DNA from: Malacoraja senta
Lineage: Eukaryota
NCBI GenBank assembly: GCA_038087875.1
Contig: JAXLNO010000249.1
Span: forward strand, 1-37,620
Length of the DNA stretch: 37,620 bases
Direction: 5' to 3'
Every line of letters begins with the position of its first letter. The first letter of the stretch is position 1. The notes beneath the pieces are model-generated. The model made no database searches. It saw nothing but the letters and a program-made list of their open reading frames with translations, and was not told the DNA's origin. A program made the position numbers and the translations under genes. Positions 11,825 to 23,360 of the stretch are shown piece by piece.

Positions 11825-13038
11825 GGACCTCATCGGAGCCCTCCTGAAAGATAGGCGCTTCTTTGTTGTCCTTAACAACAAGCAAAGTCGCTGGCAACGA
11901 CAACGGAATGGCTTGCCTCAAGGTAGTGTGCTGGCTCCACTACTATATAACATCTACACCAATGACCAGCCAATGGACCAGAACACTGAGCGGTTCATCT
12001 ACGCCGACAACCTCTGTGTAACATCCCAAGAGAGTACGTTTGAAGCTGTAGAAGCGAATCTCACCTCAGCCCTAGATGAGCTACACCTTTACTACGAGCG
12101 CAACCACCTACACGCAAACCCTGCGAAGACCCAAGCCTGCTCGTTCCATCTCAGGAACCAGGAAGCAAACAGACCCCTTAACATCACATGGTCTGGAACA
12201 CCTCTTGAGCACTGCACCAACCCTGTCTACCTCGGTGTAACACTGGATCGCACTCTCTCCTATAAGGAACACGTCAAAAAACACCAAACTGAAAGTAAAC
12301 TCCCGGAATAACATCCTCCGGAAGCTGACCAACTCCAAATGGGGAGCCACAGCTCACACATTAAGATCTACTGCTCTGGCCCTGTGCTACTCCTCTGCGG
12401 AGTATGCGTGTCCTGTTTGGGAGAGATCATCCCATGCCAAGAAACTAGACCCAGCGTTGAATAACACCTGCCGCTCAATCACTGGCTGCTTGAAGCCCAA
12501 CAACATAAACAACCTGCACCTCCTCGCTGGCATTGCCCCTGCTGATGTGAGATGGGAAGTCGCCAGCCGAGTAGAGATGACCAAGGCCACCAATGATGAA
12601 CGCCACCTCCTCTACGGACGTGTACCCCCGGCCCAACGGCTGAAGTCCAGGAGAAGCTTTCTCAGCCATGTCCAGCCCCTAATAGCATCACGGGAAGAAA
12701 CCAGACTCCAACTATGGACAGCAAGGCTTGAGGACGACCCCCCTCCTACTGACATGGGTATCCCTCCTTCTGAAGCCCTCCCTCTGGGCTCAGAAGCACC
12801 ATGGGTCCAGTGGAAGACGCTCAACCGCCTGAGAACAGGAACAGGGCGATCAAAAGATGCCATGGCCAGATGGGGCTATGAAACTGGCCAAACCACCTGT
12901 GAATGTGGAGAAGAGGACCACACAATGCAGCACTGCCTTGTCTGCCCCCTACTACCCAACCAGTGCAGCTCAAAGGATCTTGCAGTGTTCAATAAAAACG
13001 CAAAGGACTGTGTAAAGGAATGGGAAACTGTCATATAG
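11825..13038 (+). pseudogene. RTE-X reverse transcriptase C-terminal half, one apparent frameshift (~12280)
   Basis: ORF-track segments 11913-12311 and 12457-13038 join through a poly-A slip; YADD reads YADN. Confidence 0.8.
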
Positions 13039-13069
13039 CCAACCAGCTTCAAAGACACGAAAAGAAGAG
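11825..13069 (+). mobile_element. 5'-truncated RTE-X-type LINE with 10-bp TSD
   Basis: TSD aatgaaaagc at 11815-11824 and 13070-13079; GLPQGSVLAPLLYNIYTND, FIYADN, YLGVTLDRTL, LNRLRTG, CECG..TMQH..C; GAA-rich tail. Confidence 0.85.
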
Positions 13070-13292
13070 AATGAAAAGCTTTGTTTTATATGTTGTCTAA
13101 TCAAAACAATTAATGCTCTATGTAAATACAATCAAGTCAAACTCAAATAAAATAGATGGAGCAAAGGATAAGATACAGAGTGCAGAATATAGTTCTCAAG
13201 ATTACAGTTCTCACCACAGTCCTAAAGTCCAATGTCCGCAATGGGGTGGCGGTGAATCGGGCAGCAACATAGCTTATGGATGGACCGTTCAG

Positions 13293-13802
13293 AAGGGTTG
13301 CTAACCGTCCCGTATTAGCCGGGACATCCCGTATATTGGTTCGTCCCATACAAGACCGCCCATGTCCCGTATTTGACTGCTACTACTCGGGTCAAGGGGG
13401 CTGTCAGGTCGGAGAGCCGCGTCCGGCCCTGCCTCACCCGTCCCGGCGTAGTGCAGCCTATGGAGTACAGCAGCAGCAGCGCCTCGCCCGTGGCCCTGTC
13501 GGTCGGCAGCCCGGCCAGCTGTCCGACCTTTGGACCTTCGCTTACCGCCGACACCACCACCCCTCCTTCTCGTGGCCGATCATCGGTTCATGAGTTGGAT
13601 GGGGTGTCCGACGTCACGTGGCCTGGGCCAAAACTCCTCAGCTGGCCCGCCCGCCGGCTGGTCTTTGTGTGCAGTCCAGCACCCGGGCCAACTCATCATT
13701 CACCCAGCCACGGCCGAGTCGGTCACAGAATTGCCGTCGGGAATTTGTCCCGTATTTTGACCTTTTGTCCCTTATTTGGGAGTGAGAAAGTTGGCAACCC
13801 TA
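13293..13802. mobile_element. Non-autonomous hAT-type MITE
   Basis: Imperfect TIRs aagggttgctaac / gttggcaacccta; subterminal gtccc repeats; CpG-rich interior; no TSD found. Confidence 0.7.
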
Positions 13803-14171
13803 ATTATTGCGTATATAGGATCATAGGCGAGGTAGGACATTTGCTGCTTCGATTTAGTTAACATTTTGTGTAGATTTTGTTTTCATGCTGGTGTCAGCAA
13901 GTGGTGGCTTTTGGTTAATTGTGCTGTTTAAATTGCTGACCCCAGCCACAGTGCTCTCATTTTTCATGGGTCGAGAAAGCCTGCCATTAGAAAATGTTAC
14001 TGGCTGATTAATCATACCTCTCACAGCTAAAGCACCAAAAACTACCTACCACAAGTGGACTGAGGCCCCTTTGTTCCCAGCCTCTGGTGTGAAAGTCAGG
14101 CCTTTCATTTGCATAACTGTGCGGTCTCTGATTAATCTGCAGAGAATAGGTACTAACTGGCTGTCGCCATT

Positions 14172-14418
14172 GTGTAGGGAGGAACTGCAGATGCTGGTTT
14201 AAACCGAAGATAGATACAAAAGCTCAGCGAGATAGGCAGCATCTCTGGAGCGAAGGAATGGGTCGAGACCCTTCTTCAGACTGAATGGGTGACGTTTCGG
14301 GTGGAGACCCTTCTTCGGACTCTGAAGAATGGTCTGGACCCGAAACGTCACCCATTCCTTCTCTCCAGAGATGCTTCCTGCCCCGCTGAGTTCCTCCAGC
14401 TTTTTGTGTCTATCTTTG
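14172..14418. mobile_element. Inverted Penelope-like terminal repeats with a partial internal duplication
   Basis: gagacccttcttcagac/cggac occurs twice, then ctgaagaatggtctggacccgaaacgtcaccc in the opposite orientation. Confidence 0.7.
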
Positions 14419-14617
14419 GCTGTCGTCATTGTTAGCTGGTCAGGGCTGTGGGGACCAAAGACGTTGGAGGCTGCAAAGGGAAGGGGTAAGTGTCACCTGG
14501 CAGCTCCTCCGTGAGTTAATATATGAGATCACATCGGATGCTTGATATGTGCTGAGTGAGTCAGCTGGACACAACAGGGTTGTTGCAGGAGCATTACATT
14601 TGGCTTAGTGCCCCCAG

Positions 14618-14891
14618 GGTGGTGCAGCGGTAGAGTTGCTGCCTTACAGCCCCAGAAACCTGGGTTCCATCCTGATTACAGGTGCTGTCTGTACGAGGTT
14701 GTACGTTCTCCCTGTGACCTCCGGGTGCTCCGGTTTCCTCCCACATCCCAAAGACGTGCAGGTTTGTAGGTTATTTGCCTTCTGTAAATTGGCCCCATGA
14801 GTGTGTAGGATAGAACTAGCATATGGGTGGTCATGGTCGGCATTGACTCTGTGGGCTGAAGGGACTGTTTCCACTCTGCATCTCTAAACTA
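14618..14891 (+). mobile_element. V-SINE
   Basis: Head, V core, tail ctgcatctctaaacta. Confidence 0.87.
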
Positions 14892-14899
14892 GCGTCTAT

Positions 14900-16435
14900 A
14901 AAAGGTGGTGAATCTGTGGAATTAATTGCCACAGACGGCTGTGGAGGACGTCAATGGATGTTTGTAAGACGGAGATTGACAGATTCTTGATTAGTACGGG
15001 TGTTAGGGGTTATGGTAGGGGGGGGGGGTGAAGCAGGAGACTGTGGTTGAGAGGGAAAGGTAGATCAGCCGTGATTGAATGGCGGTGTAGACTTGATGGG
15101 ACCCCTGACTCCCGTACTAATCAAGGATCTCTGGATCTCTGCCTTTGACTTGGTCTCCACATCCTTCTGTGGCAATGAATTCTACAGATTCACCACCTTC
15201 TGACTGAAGAAATTCCTCCTCACCTCCTTTCTCAGGAATGTCCATTTAATGTGGCAGCAAAGCCTTTGGTCGGTTTAGGAGTAGACAATAGACAATAGGT
15301 GCAGGGGTAGGCCATTCGGCCCTTCGAGCCAGCACCGCCATTCAATGTGATCATAGCTGATCATCCACAATCAGTAGGGTATTTAAAGCTGGTACAAAAC
15401 CTTTGGGTTGAGAGAGCAGTAATTCTTGCCCTCCTATATTCATCTGTGACCTATAAGACCATGACAAAGGAGCAAAATTACGCCGTTCGGCCCATCGAGT
15501 CTGCCCCACCATTCAATCATGCCTAATCAATTTTCCCTCTCAGCCCCATTCTCCTGCCTTCTCCCAGTAACCTTTGATGCCTTGCTCATCAAGAACCTAT
15601 CAATCCCTGCTTTAAAAATACCCAATGACTTGGCCTCCACAGCCGCCTGTGGCAATGAAATCCACAGATTCACCTCCCTCTGGCTAAAGAGAGTCCATTT
15701 TAAAGGCATGCATCCTTTTATTCTGAGGCTGTGCCCTCTGATCCTAGACTCTCCCACTATTGGAAACATCCTCTCCATATTCACTTTTTCTAAGCTTTAC
15801 ATTATTAGGTTGGTTTCAATGAGATCCCCTCCCCTCATCCTTCTAAACTTCAGTGAGTACAAGCCCAGAGACCAAACACTCTTCATCTATTAAGCCCAAT
15901 CATCCTCCCCTGGACGTAAACCTCCCCTGGACCCTCTCCAATGCCAGCAGATTCTTCCTCAGATATGGGGCCCAAAACTGATAATATTCTATATGTGGCC
16001 TCACGTGCCTTACACAGCCTCAGCATTACATCCTAGCTTTTATAATCCAGTCCTCTCAAAATGAATGCTAACATTGCATTTGCCTTCCTTACTGCCGACC
16101 CAACTTGCAAATTAACCTTTTGAGAATCCTACACCAGCACTCTAGAGTCCCTTTGCATCTCAGATTTCGGAATCCTCTCCTCATTTAGAAAGTGCATGAT
16201 TGTTCGTTGTACTGCGCTGTATTCCATAGGCCACTTCTCTGCTCACTCTTCAAACCTGTCCAAGTTCTTCTGCAGACTCTCTGCCTCCACAACACGATGT
16301 GCCTCTCCTCCTATACTTGGACAGGACAGGTTTAGAGGAATACGGGATAAAACAGGGTGGTGGGACATGTTAGTCAGCATGGGCAAGTTGGGCCGAAGGG
16401 CCTGTTTCCACGCTGTATGACTCTATGACTCTATC
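14900..16435. mobile_element. Cluster of CR1 3' fragments in both orientations (longest 15450-16310, minus)
   Basis: Minus ORF MERMFPIVGESRIRGHSLRIKG...VNLWISLPQ; (ctatgact)n tail at 16415-16435. Confidence 0.8.
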
Positions 16436-16537
16436 GTCATATCATCCGCAAACTTGGCCACAAAATTAGACTACCTGCAGCCGGCACTGAAATCTACAAA
16501 ATCCTCAAATTCACAAGTGAACCAATGTCACCACTCA

Positions 16538-16920
16538 AAGACACAAAGTACTGGAGTAACTCAGAAGGTCAGGCAGCATCTGTGGAGAACACGGATAGGT
16601 AACATTTTGGGTCGTGACACTTCTTCCCGTAACGCCACCTATCATGTTCTCCAGAGATGCTGCCTGACCCGCTGAGATCACAAATTCGTAAGTGATAGGA
16701 GAAGAATTAGTCCATTTGGCCCATCAAGTCTACCCCACCATTCAATCATAGCTGATCTATCTTTCCCTCCTAAACCCATTCTCCTGCCTTCTCCCCATAA
16801 CCCGTACTAATCAAGAATCTATCAATCTCTGCCTTAAATATATCCACTGATGTATCCGCTGAGTTACTGCAGCACTTTGTGTCCTTTTGGGTATTAACCA
16901 GCATGTGCCAGTCTTTGTTT
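16538..16920. mobile_element. Penelope-like inverted repeat interrupted by a CR1 tail (16680-16850, minus)
   Basis: Right arm breaks at ccgctgag (~16670) and resumes ccgctgagttactgcagcac at ~16856. Confidence 0.6.
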
Positions 16921-17739
16921 CGAACATCGGCACTCTTTCCCGGGAACACGTCCTCAACATTGAGGCTTTAGTTACATTCAGTCAGATTCCTCTTGTCTTT
17001 TTGATAGTTAAGTAATCTGGGCAATTTTCATTGCTCACAGCATCTGCCTTTGATATGCAGAGCGTGTGGTAATTAGGTTACTGATTGGAAAATCAGCCTT
17101 GAAAAGATGCAGGAGATTAATTTTAATAGACCCCTCACAAGTACATCTCACATCAGGCAGAGCTACTCTACAAACTGAAGGTGTTAAACCTAAAAGAGTT
17201 AAACAGAAAACGGATTATGCTTCTGTGCTTCAGTCCAATGTGATTAGAGAGCATAGTTCACTATCAGCAAAGATCTCAGTTAATTAATTTAAGCCTCGGG
17301 CCTAACACAATTAGATACAGTTGGAAATAAATTACTCTTTGCTTAGTTAAAAGTGCATGATCTGCCAGCAGTCAGTCACATCTTAGTCAGCTATTTCACT
17401 CCAATTTAATGATTTAGTTACCCATTTTCATTCCAGCTTCATCAATTTAGTCTCTATGCCAATGTTGTATTTTTCATGTGTTTTTGTACATTAGTATTGT
17501 TCATTATGTTGAATTCATAAAGTCCTAGATATTACCCCTGCTTTAGTTTGAAATGGATGAATTTAAATATTTTATATTTTGTCTGAAGATCTGAAATATC
17601 ACAATTCCTTCTTTTTGCCCTTCTGATTTCTGAACTGGCCTCAACTACCTTCTGTGGCAGAGAATTCCAGAGAGTCGCCACTAAAGGATAAAGGTGATAG
17701 ATAAAGTCTGCCTCGCAAAAAACACTCCTCACCTCTATC

Positions 17740-17902
17740 CACCTATCACTCGCCAGGTTTTGTCTTCCCCTCCTCTCTTCCAGCTTTCTCCATCACAACC
17801 ATTCTGAACAAAGGTCCCGTTATGCTGCTTGACCGGCTGGAATTACTCCAGCACTTTGGGTGGGTTTTTTTTGTAATCCAGCGTTTGCAGTTCCTTGTGC
17901 CT
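17740..17902 (+). mobile_element. Penelope-like terminal repeat, decayed
   Basis: ctatccacctatcactcgccagg...ctgaacaaaggtccc...ttactccagcactttg. Confidence 0.55.
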
Positions 17903-18061
17903 AAACAAATTTTCACTCCCATTATGATCAATTTTTGATCACCTCTTGCAATCTGATCAGCCACTGTGAAGTACTTTGGTTTGTCTTTCTGCATTGTCTT
18001 TGAAAATGGCATCAAAACCTGACAACTCTTGTATATGGTCTCAGTGGACTATTTCTATACA

Positions 18062-19800
18062 CTTTTTTTTTTTTTTTTAATTTTAAAAATATTTTAATTT
18101 TATTAGAAGTAAGTACAATCATATGGCACCAAAGTGCCTAATATATAATGACATAAAATACATTTTATGTACAGCTTCTTATTTTTTTTATTATAATAAA
18201 GAAGAATAAGAAAAAGAAAGTAGATTGTAAAAGATAGAAAAACGTGAGGTATATTGTGTGTGAAAAAGGAAAAAAAAGAGTGAAAGAAGAAGATTGAAGA
18301 AAAGAAAATAGAAAAAAGAGAGTAGAAAATAAAAAAAGAAAAGTAAGGAGATCATTATTTTTAATCTTGACCATCCCTCGCCCAGTCCTGGAACAGTTAG
18401 TTTCTACAATTGTGTTGCACCATATGATTCCAAAAAGACGACAAATGGAGATCAACTCGTTAAGAATTGGTCTGATTTATCTATTAGGAGGAATCGCATT
18501 TCCTCAAGATGTGCGGTGTCCAACATACTTCCTTAAATTAAACAGTAGCAAAACAGAATTTCTCCTCATTGGCTCCAAATCAACACTTACCAAAATTAAC
18601 AACCTCACTCTCACTATTGACGGCACCACTGTCTCCCCATCTCCTCAGGCCCGCAACCTTGGCATGATCTTTGACTCAACCCTCTCCCTTGAGCCTCACA
18701 TCCGCCATGTTGTCAAAACATCATTTTTTCACCTCCACAACATGGCCAAAATCAGACCCTCTCTCACACCCCCCGCTGCTGAAAGACTCATCCATGCCTT
18801 CATCTCCTCCCGACTGGACTACTGTAACTCTCTTCTCTTTGGCATTAATTCCAGCAACATCAACCGACTCCAACTGGTCCAGAATGCAGCCGCCCGACTC
18901 ATCACCCATACCAAATCCTGGCACCACATCACCCAGTTCTCAAAGAACTTCACTGGCTTCCCATTTCCCACCGGATCATCTACAAAATCCTGGTCCTCAC
19001 CTACAAAGCCCTCAACCACTTGGCCCCCCCTTATCTCACTGACCTCCTCTCCCCCTACCAACCCTCACGGTCCCTTAGATCCACATCAGCCGGTCTCCTC
19101 TCCATTCCGAAATCCAACCTCTGCACTTTTGGAAACAGAGCCTTCTCCAGGGCAGCTCCCAGGCTCTGGAACTCCCTCCCACAATTGATTCGAAATTCTG
19201 AGTCCCTCACCATCTTCCAGTCCCGCCTCAAGACCCATCTCTTCACCTCTGCATACCCTTAGTCCCATGTCCCCCTCCCCTTTGCATCTCTGTCTTTTCT
19301 GCTCTATTTTGTTTTGTTCTTGACTCTCCATGTAAAGCGACTATGAGTCCTTGAAAAGCGCTATACAAATAAAATGTATTATTATTATTATTATTATTAT
19401 TATACTTGAAATCCACATTTTAAGCGTTGGTATTGGTGTATTTTTCCAGAATTTAAGTACTAGTTTTTTTGCTATTATTAAACCATAATTAAAAAATAAA
19501 TTTTGAGATGAGTTCAATTTATTCCCATCTTCCATTACTCCAAATATAATCATTTCAGTATTAGGTTCCATTCTTATCTTGAATAATTTTGTAAATATTT
19601 CAAAAATATCACTCCAAAATTTATAACGTTTTATGCAGGAAACGAAAGAGTGTGTTATAGTTGCGTTTTGGGATAGACATTTATCACAAATGGGGGATGT
19701 ATTTGGATAAAATTTATTCAATCTAGTTTTTGAATAATATAATCTATGTAAAATTTGAAATTGAATTAAATTATGTCTTGCATTAATCGAACATTTGTAT
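18062..19800 (-). mobile_element. L1-clade LINE 3' end (poly-A tail at left), interrupted by L2
   Basis: Poly-T at 18064; ORF2 C-terminal LNKFYPNTSPICDKC..ATITHSFVSC..FW...KKLVLKFWK...PTLKMW continues across the L2 insert. Confidence 0.85.
18531..19401 (+). mobile_element. 5'-truncated L2 LINE with (TAT)n tail and probable TSD atactt
   Basis: LKLNSSKTEFL, RNLGMIFD, SRLDYCNSLL, LQLVQNAAAR, LHWLP; atactt at 18525-18530 and 19402-19407. Confidence 0.9.
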
Positions 19801-19892
19801 TTCTCTACACTTTGAACTTAATTGGGGATTGTGCTTATATACAGTAATACTTAACTGAAGTGTATGCAAAAAAAAAGTATGTCACAGTCCCT

Positions 19893-20380
19893 CAAGCTGG
19901 AAAGGGTACAGAGAAGATTTACGAGGATGTTGCCAGGACTGGAGGGCCTGAGTTATAGGGAGAGGTTAAGTAGGCTGGGACTTGGAGCGCTGGAGGATGA
20001 GGGGTGATCTTATAGAGGTGTATAAAATCATGAGAGGAATAAATCGGGGAGATGCACAGTCTCTTACCCAGAGTAGGTGAATCGTAGACAAGAGGACATC
20101 TGGTTTAAAATGAAGGCGAAAAGATTTAGTGGGAATCTGAGGGGTGACTTTTTCACACAAAAGGTGGTGGGTGTATGGAATGAGCTGCCAGGTGAGGTAG
20201 TTGAGGCTGGGAATATCGCAATGTTTGAGAAACAGTTAGACAGGATAGGTTTGGAGGGATATGGACCAAGACCAGGCAGGTGGGACTAGTGTAGCTGGGA
20301 CAAGTTGGCCAGTGTGGGCAGGTTGGGCTGAAGGGCCTGTTTGCATGATGTATCATTCTATGACTATGATTTTATGACTC
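19893..20380 (+). mobile_element. CR1 LINE 3' end
   Basis: KLERVQRRFTRMLPGL...FFTQKVVGVWNELP plus tail. Confidence 0.88.
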
Positions 20381-20422
20381 CCTACATGTGATAATAAAGA
20401 ACCATGGAACCATTGTATGCTT

Positions 20423-20540
20423 TCTGAAGAAGGGTCCCGCCACGAAAACATAACCTATACCCTGTTCTCGAGAGTTGCTGCCCGACTCGCTGAGTTACTC
20501 CGACACTTTGTGTTTTAGAGTGTACTCACGATTCCAGCAT
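20423..20540 (+). mobile_element. Penelope-like terminal repeat
   Basis: ctgaagaagggtcccgccacgaaaac...ctgagttactccgacactttgtg. Confidence 0.6.
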
Positions 20541-21244
20541 TTGCAATTCCTTGCGTCTGCTGTATTTTGTTGATGACTGAAGTGACACCTATAAACCAAT
20601 GTGTCACAGCTGGAGAGAAAAAAATCCATTGTCATTGACCACAGAAGTTTGATCCCCCCACTTTATTAAGCCTTTAAATCAAAATCCAAATATAGACTTT
20701 GAGGATTGGTGGCAAAATGCCACAATGCATTTACTGCCTTTTGTTAGCGTGTTAGCACAGCGAGAAACTGATACTCAACCCTCTTGAGTTAATGCATGTT
20801 TATGACTCCTAAAGGAACAATCTAACAACGTTTTTTTCCCATTCAATGACTTAAATCCACAATTAGTCACTTTATTACTCTCTTTTCCATGGGCCACATT
20901 TCCCAAGTTATCTCTTTACATGAGGTCATCTGTTTACAATGTCAAAACATCCTGTTACACTAGGTGACAAAGGAGTTAATGATTACTCATACATACCCCA
21001 AAGCCTTTGTTCCATTCCTCATCTTGTCTGTCTTGGGGTTAATTGCTTTTCGAGATGACATCTCTGCAAGTTTGAAACATGATTTTCGGGTTTTGTTTTA
21101 TTAACGACTCCTGTCTCTGATTAGAAACAGCTGCCTGGCAAATTTTGGTCAACGTCATCCTGTTTCAAATATTCTTCTGTTAACACGAATCAATGGAGCG
21201 TCAAGTATAAAAGGCAGTGAAATATTGGTAAGGAATGAAAACTA

Positions 21245-21612
21245 GCTGTGGGCCGAACTTTAACGTTGCCCCCCAAGGTGGATTTCATTGGGAGTGGGTA
21301 GGGCCAAAGATGTCCTGGTTGGGTTGCTCCTAGGCCTGGCCAAGCTGGCCATCCGCGAGTCATGGTGCCAGGCGGAAGAGGGCTTTGCCCGAGCAAGTTG
21401 CTTGCCCCTATACCGGAGTTACGTCTGTGCCCGGGTGGTGTTAGAGAGGGACATAGTTGTACAGTAGTTATTTAGTATATTTGTAACATACTGTAGTTGT
21501 TTGTGTCTGATTTTGTAACATGGTGGTGGGTGTCTCACCACGGTTTTGGTTATTTTTGGTTTTGTATCGTGATCATAACTAAATAAATTATTTTTGATAC
21601 AAAAAGAAAAAT
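21245..21612 (+). mobile_element. Tx1-clade LINE 3' end
   Basis: DVLVGLLLGLAKLAIRES...YRSYVCARVVLER; aaataaa and A-rich tail. Confidence 0.7.
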
Positions 21613-21767
21613 TGTTCTGAATCGAAGACTTAATGGACAGAAGACGCATTTTATGTGCTGTACCTCGCTGAAGAATAGTCATATGGAATTAGTGCAGAAT
21701 TATACACAGGAATATGAAGGGAAATGGGGTTATAGTTTGGATTATGTCAGAACCTAACAAACTAGGG

Positions 21768-22063
21768 AGCGGCATGGTGGCGCAGTGGTAGAGTTGCTGC
21801 CTTACAGCGCCAGAGACCCGGGCTTGATCCTGGTCTTTACGGAGTTTGCTGTCTTTACGGAGTTTGCACGTTTTCCCCGTGACCGCTCCGCTTTCCTCCT
21901 GCACTCCAATGATGTTCAGGTGTGTAGGTTAATTAGGCTTTGGTAAAATTGTAATAATTGTCCCTGGTGCGTAGGAAAGTGCTCGTGTCCGGGGATCGCT
22001 GGTTGGCATGGACTCGGTGGGCCTAAGGGCCTGTGTCTGCACTGTATCTCTGAAACTAAAACT
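21768..22063 (+). mobile_element. V-SINE with small internal duplication (gtctttacggagtttgc x2)
   Basis: Head, core and tail present. Confidence 0.88.
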
Positions 22064-22349
22064 AGAAACACAAGGAACGGAGCAGATTTTTACCAGCAAC
22101 ATGTGCACAGATGGGTTGCCTATTGGAGAAACTGCCTGAATGTGAATCCATTGATTGTTTTAATTTTTTTATGTGCTTTTATGTCCTTTTGCACTGCCTG
22201 TTCTTTCCACTTCATCCCCGCTGTAGCTCAACACTGATCGATAACCCATTCCGTGGATATTGAACCTGTGGATTTTTTCTAAATCCGTCATCTGCACAGT
22301 TCAATTTATTCACCAGATCCTTGGAGGTCACTGAGGAGCTTAGACAAAG

Positions 22350-22520
22350 GCATGCAAAATAGAAGCAGGAGTGGGCCTTTCGGCCCATTGAGCCTGTTCC
22401 GCTTTTCAATGCGACCATTGCAGATTCTCTACCTCAAAATTGTACCCTTAGTGTTTAGAAATCATTTGATTTAAGTCTTGAACCTTCTCAATGAATGGGA
22501 ATTTACAGTCCTCTAAGGTA
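22350..22520 (-). mobile_element. Old CR1 3' tail
   Basis: atagaagcaggagtgggcctttcggccc resembles the tail at 33815. Confidence 0.55.
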
Positions 22521-23097
22521 AAGTTTGATTAGTAAGAGTGTCAGGGGTTATGGGCAGGGCTGCCAACATTGGGTGAGAGTTGGGAGTGAGAAATTGCGAG
22601 AGACCAAGCCCGTGGTGTCCCCCCTCCCATTGGTACAGATCTTTTGCATTTTCCAGCTTGAAATTGTGCAATCTGGTGCATACTGTAGCGAGTCTTTTAA
22701 CTTACACTTGAATGCAATATTTATGCTTTAAATTGGATTAGCTATGAATAAGGTTAGGCTAAATTACATTCCTAATTACTAGAGCCAGGATTTTGCCATA
22801 AATGCCATGTGCCTTTTTTGATGATTTCACCAGGATAATGCCTTTTTCACAATCGAATGCCTAAATCAGCCTTTTTTTGCCGTTTTGCTAAAAGGTCGTG
22901 CTATTTTCTCTAATTGTACCGTGATTACAATGACGGTTACTTTGCTAACACGTTAATATTAATGTTATTATTAACGTGTTAACATAGTATAACTTACAAG
23001 AAAACTTCCACGACCGGGGCAAAACCGGGGGCGCCACCGTCGGTCATTCATTCGTTCATGCCACTGCCTGCTGGTTCAGTCTTCTCCAAGATCTATT

Positions 23098-23360
23098 TAA
23101 GAACTGCAGATGCTGGAAAAATCGAAGGTAGACAAAAAATGCTGGAGAAACTCAACGGGTGAGGCAGCATCTATGGAGAGAAGGCGACGTTTCGGGTCAG
23201 ACTGATGTGGAGGGGCGGTAAAAAGGAAGGAAGAGGCGGAGACAGTAGGACTAGAAGGAGAGCTGGTAAGGGGGAGGGGGTGGAGGGAGAAGCCAAGGTC
23301 TATCTAAAATTAGAGAAGTCAATGTTGATACCGCTGGGGTGTAGACTTCCCAAGCGAAAT
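23098..23360 (-). mobile_element. Penelope-like fragment inserted in the nested hAT
   Basis: gaactgcagatgctgg...atgctggagaaactcaacgggtgaggcagcatc...gacgtttcgggtc. Confidence 0.65.

Noticed and set aside
13276..13861. Overlapping ORFs in the GC-rich MITE
   Set aside because: No transposase or other recognisable motifs.
22170..22330. Polypyrimidine tract plus AG as a possible coding exon
   Set aside because: Stop codons in all three frames shortly after the AG.
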